Origin: Lama guanicoe
Taxonomy: Eukaryota
DNA: 64,000 nucleotides
Direction of reading: 5' to 3'
Assembly (NCBI GenBank): GCA_013239625.1
Contig: MU056000.1
Location: 11,483,175 to 11,547,174 of the forward strand
The notes beneath the pieces were generated by a model. That model was given only the letters and a program-made list of their open reading frames with translations, did not search any database and was not told the DNA's origin. Positions 61,489-64,000 of the stretch are shown piece by piece (the first letter of the stretch is position 1; every line of letters starts with the position of its first letter). The position numbers were made by a program, and so were the translations under genes.

Positions 61489-61895
61489 AAGTGATGTCAT
61501 ATGATACTTGTCTTTCTCTGTCTGACTTACTTCACTCAATATGTGGAATCTATAATAATTATTTTAATGATACAAATTCTATTTACAAACCAAAAGCAGA
61601 CTCATGGACATAGAAAACAAACTATGGTTACCAAAGGGGAAAGGGTTGGGGAGGGATAAATTAGGGGGTGGGAATTAACAGACACACATGACTATATATA
61701 AAATAGATAAACAACAAGGACCTACTGTATAGCACAGGGAACTCTATTTAATCCCTTATAATAACATATAATGGAAAAGAATCTGAAGAGAAAATATATA
61801 CATGTATGTATATGTATAACTGAGTCACTTTGCTGTACACCTGAAACTAACATTGCAAATCAACTACACTTAAATAAACATTTATTTAAAAATAA
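61489..61895 (+). mobile_element. L1 3' end (cetartiodactyl type) with a 50-bp 5' inversion, apparently inserted into a MIR remnant
   Basis: 61489-61538 is the reverse complement of TGAGTGAAGTAAGTCAGACAGAGAAAGACAAGTATCATATGACATCACTT; the sense strand resumes ATATGTGGAATC at 61539. Confidence 0.9.
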
Positions 61896-63957
61896 AGGAG
61901 AAATATAATGATATTACAAAGCATTACTCTGCTAATGTATGGTTTCCAATATAGTATTTCTATTCATTTGTTGGCTTTTCTTGGAGTTTTGAAACAAAGC
62001 AGAGATATAGCTACACCCCAAGACTGATAAGTTCTATATTTGGATGAAAACTGTAACTCAGCCTTGCCTCTCAGGTTTCTTAAAGTGACATGGATGTACA
62101 GATAAGCCACATTTTTCTGCTCATTACCCTCACAAATATTTTTTATTTAACTCAGGGCATCCGTTGACATAAAGGGATCTTTTGGTGATAGTTACCCCAT
62201 AATTCCCTGTGTTCTTACGATACACAGATTCAGGCTTTTGACCCACAAAGGAATTTGGAGCATAATATAGGCACAAATAGAGCTATTTCTTCACAGTGGA
62301 ATCAGACAAATGATGACTTCAGGGGAAATTACATTGGAGGAAGTCATCCGCCTCACATCAAAGGCAAATTAGAGACATAAATTATAAACCAAAGACCAGA
62401 TAAAGCTGTGGGTTCATAGAAAGGAAACGTTTAGAGGTTTATGGAGGGATACATGTATAGTATTTCTTTCCAAAACAAAACAAAATTATTATCACAGAGG
62501 TTTGCGTTTGCAAGCAGCCACAGCTGTATACAATATGTAAGTATGAGTCTCAGGCTCAAAAACCACTTTAAAATAGAGTTGGGGCCTGGCTTACATCCAC
62601 CAACGTTTGGGTAATGTCGGGGTTATGCCAGATCTCCCAGCCACAGAACACTCCATGTGATGTCCAGGCTCCTTCACTCATCTCCTTCTTTGTGCTGGGT
62701 TGTTTGATCATCAGTCACTTTGAATCTCTCCAAGCAGAAGGTCTGGAAAGCAGAAAATAGGGTTCAAGTCTCCACTTGGTATTGCGTTCTTATCCCTTGA
62801 AGTAAGCTGTAAGCCGAGGGGTGGACCACCATACTTTCTATGTCTTTATCTTTGAAGGAATTGCACTTCAAATGAAGAAGAATCTGGAGAATGAGAATTC
62901 TGAGTGAAAACGAATGGTGGTCTTCATCACTGCACTTTGGTGTGAATTAAGAGGGAGAAAAGATCAGAACAAAGAAAATCCAGGGAGTTCCCTGTCCAGG
63001 GGTGGTGGATTTAGAACAAAGGGAAGCCTTTGGTTATATCTAAGAAAATTCTATCTTTGAAATAGACCTAGAGGTTTTAATCCAGCTATGGTGATGAAGA
63101 CAGAAATACATTTTGCTGTGGAATTGTGTGCGAATAGATAACGCAGCTGAAGGAGGCTTCAAATTTGAACTAACAAATAATTACATACTGATTATACAAA
63201 TATTCTCTCTCTAGATTTATCATGTGCCTTTCCACATAAATGATGTATGGGCAAGTGGCAGGAAGTATTGTCTGCTTTGACCAATCTTTTAATTGGAGGA
63301 AAGTGACTGTGCAAGAAATTGAGATACTGGAGCCTGAATACCCAACGGTGAAAGGTATTTAATACGTAGCTATATATTATGCTTTGCTTGGTGTCAGCCC
63401 TACCTCCTCTTCACACCTGCTTTGTAATCCTGGGGAAGTAGTAACTTCCCTCCTTTCTTCTCTTCTGCCAGTTATATAAGAATATTACCAGAAAAAGTTA
63501 TAGAATTATGACTGTATCTTCAAGCTCTTTGAGAGTCACTGATACGCCCAATCAATACTTTCTATAATAATAAGGAAAATATAACATCTGCTTATATTTC
63601 ACAATGCTTTCAAAAAGATAGATTCATCACAGTTTCAACATCTTGATGTCTACGTAGCACTTCTCACCACAGACTAAACTGCCACCTAGTTAGTCCCATG
63701 ACTTTTCTTAGAGTTTCTATATTCTTTTTCTGATTTCCAAAATTTTCAGATCAAATTATGAAATATTGAGCATCTAATGAATGCAAGGCACTGTATACAA
63801 TATGGAATTCTGATGTAGACATATGTTGAGAAAGGATAATGGTTAAAGTTTACACACAAGTACAAGATACTGTTACTATGTTAGCAAATATAAGAAAGCT
63901 TATTTATAGCACTCTTCAAAGAATGAAGAAATAAAGTTTTGTCAAATAAAATAACTG

Positions 63958-64000
63958 CATATATATATATACATACACATATATATAATATATATATATA
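63958..64000. repeat. (TA)n microsatellite running to the window edge
   Basis: Visible directly. Confidence 0.9.

Noticed and set aside
1..64000. CRISPR array, operon or other prokaryote-type system; a novel coding system
   Set aside because: The sequence is mammalian repeat-rich non-coding DNA, with no regularly spaced repeat-spacer array and no gene-dense structure

Overview
Mammalian non-coding genomic DNA, most likely from a camelid (camel, alpaca or vicuna). The basis is two tRNA-Ala-derived vic-1-type SINEs, cetartiodactyl-type L1 3' ends, and no recognisable Alu, B1/B2, Bov-A/tA or PRE1 SINEs. I cannot support any protein-coding exon, RNA gene or processed pseudogene. The ORF track consists of chance frames, many of them antisense frames of decayed L1 or LTR sequence. 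A large part of the window is interspersed repeats: L1s of several ages, HAL1, L2, CR1/L3, MIR, MLT1/MLT2/LTR16/LTR33/MER74-type LTRs, three solo copies of one ERV1 (MER41-like) LTR, and hAT MITEs. Microsatellites are scattered throughout, and several repeat-free blocks carry enhancer-like motif clusters. This looks like a gene desert or a very large intron. I found no convincing novel biological system. The most interesting items are structural oddities of retrotransposon insertions and candidate cis-regulatory elements. Repeat subfamily names were assigned by eye from remembered consensus sequences, and boundaries are approximate unless a TSD is quoted.
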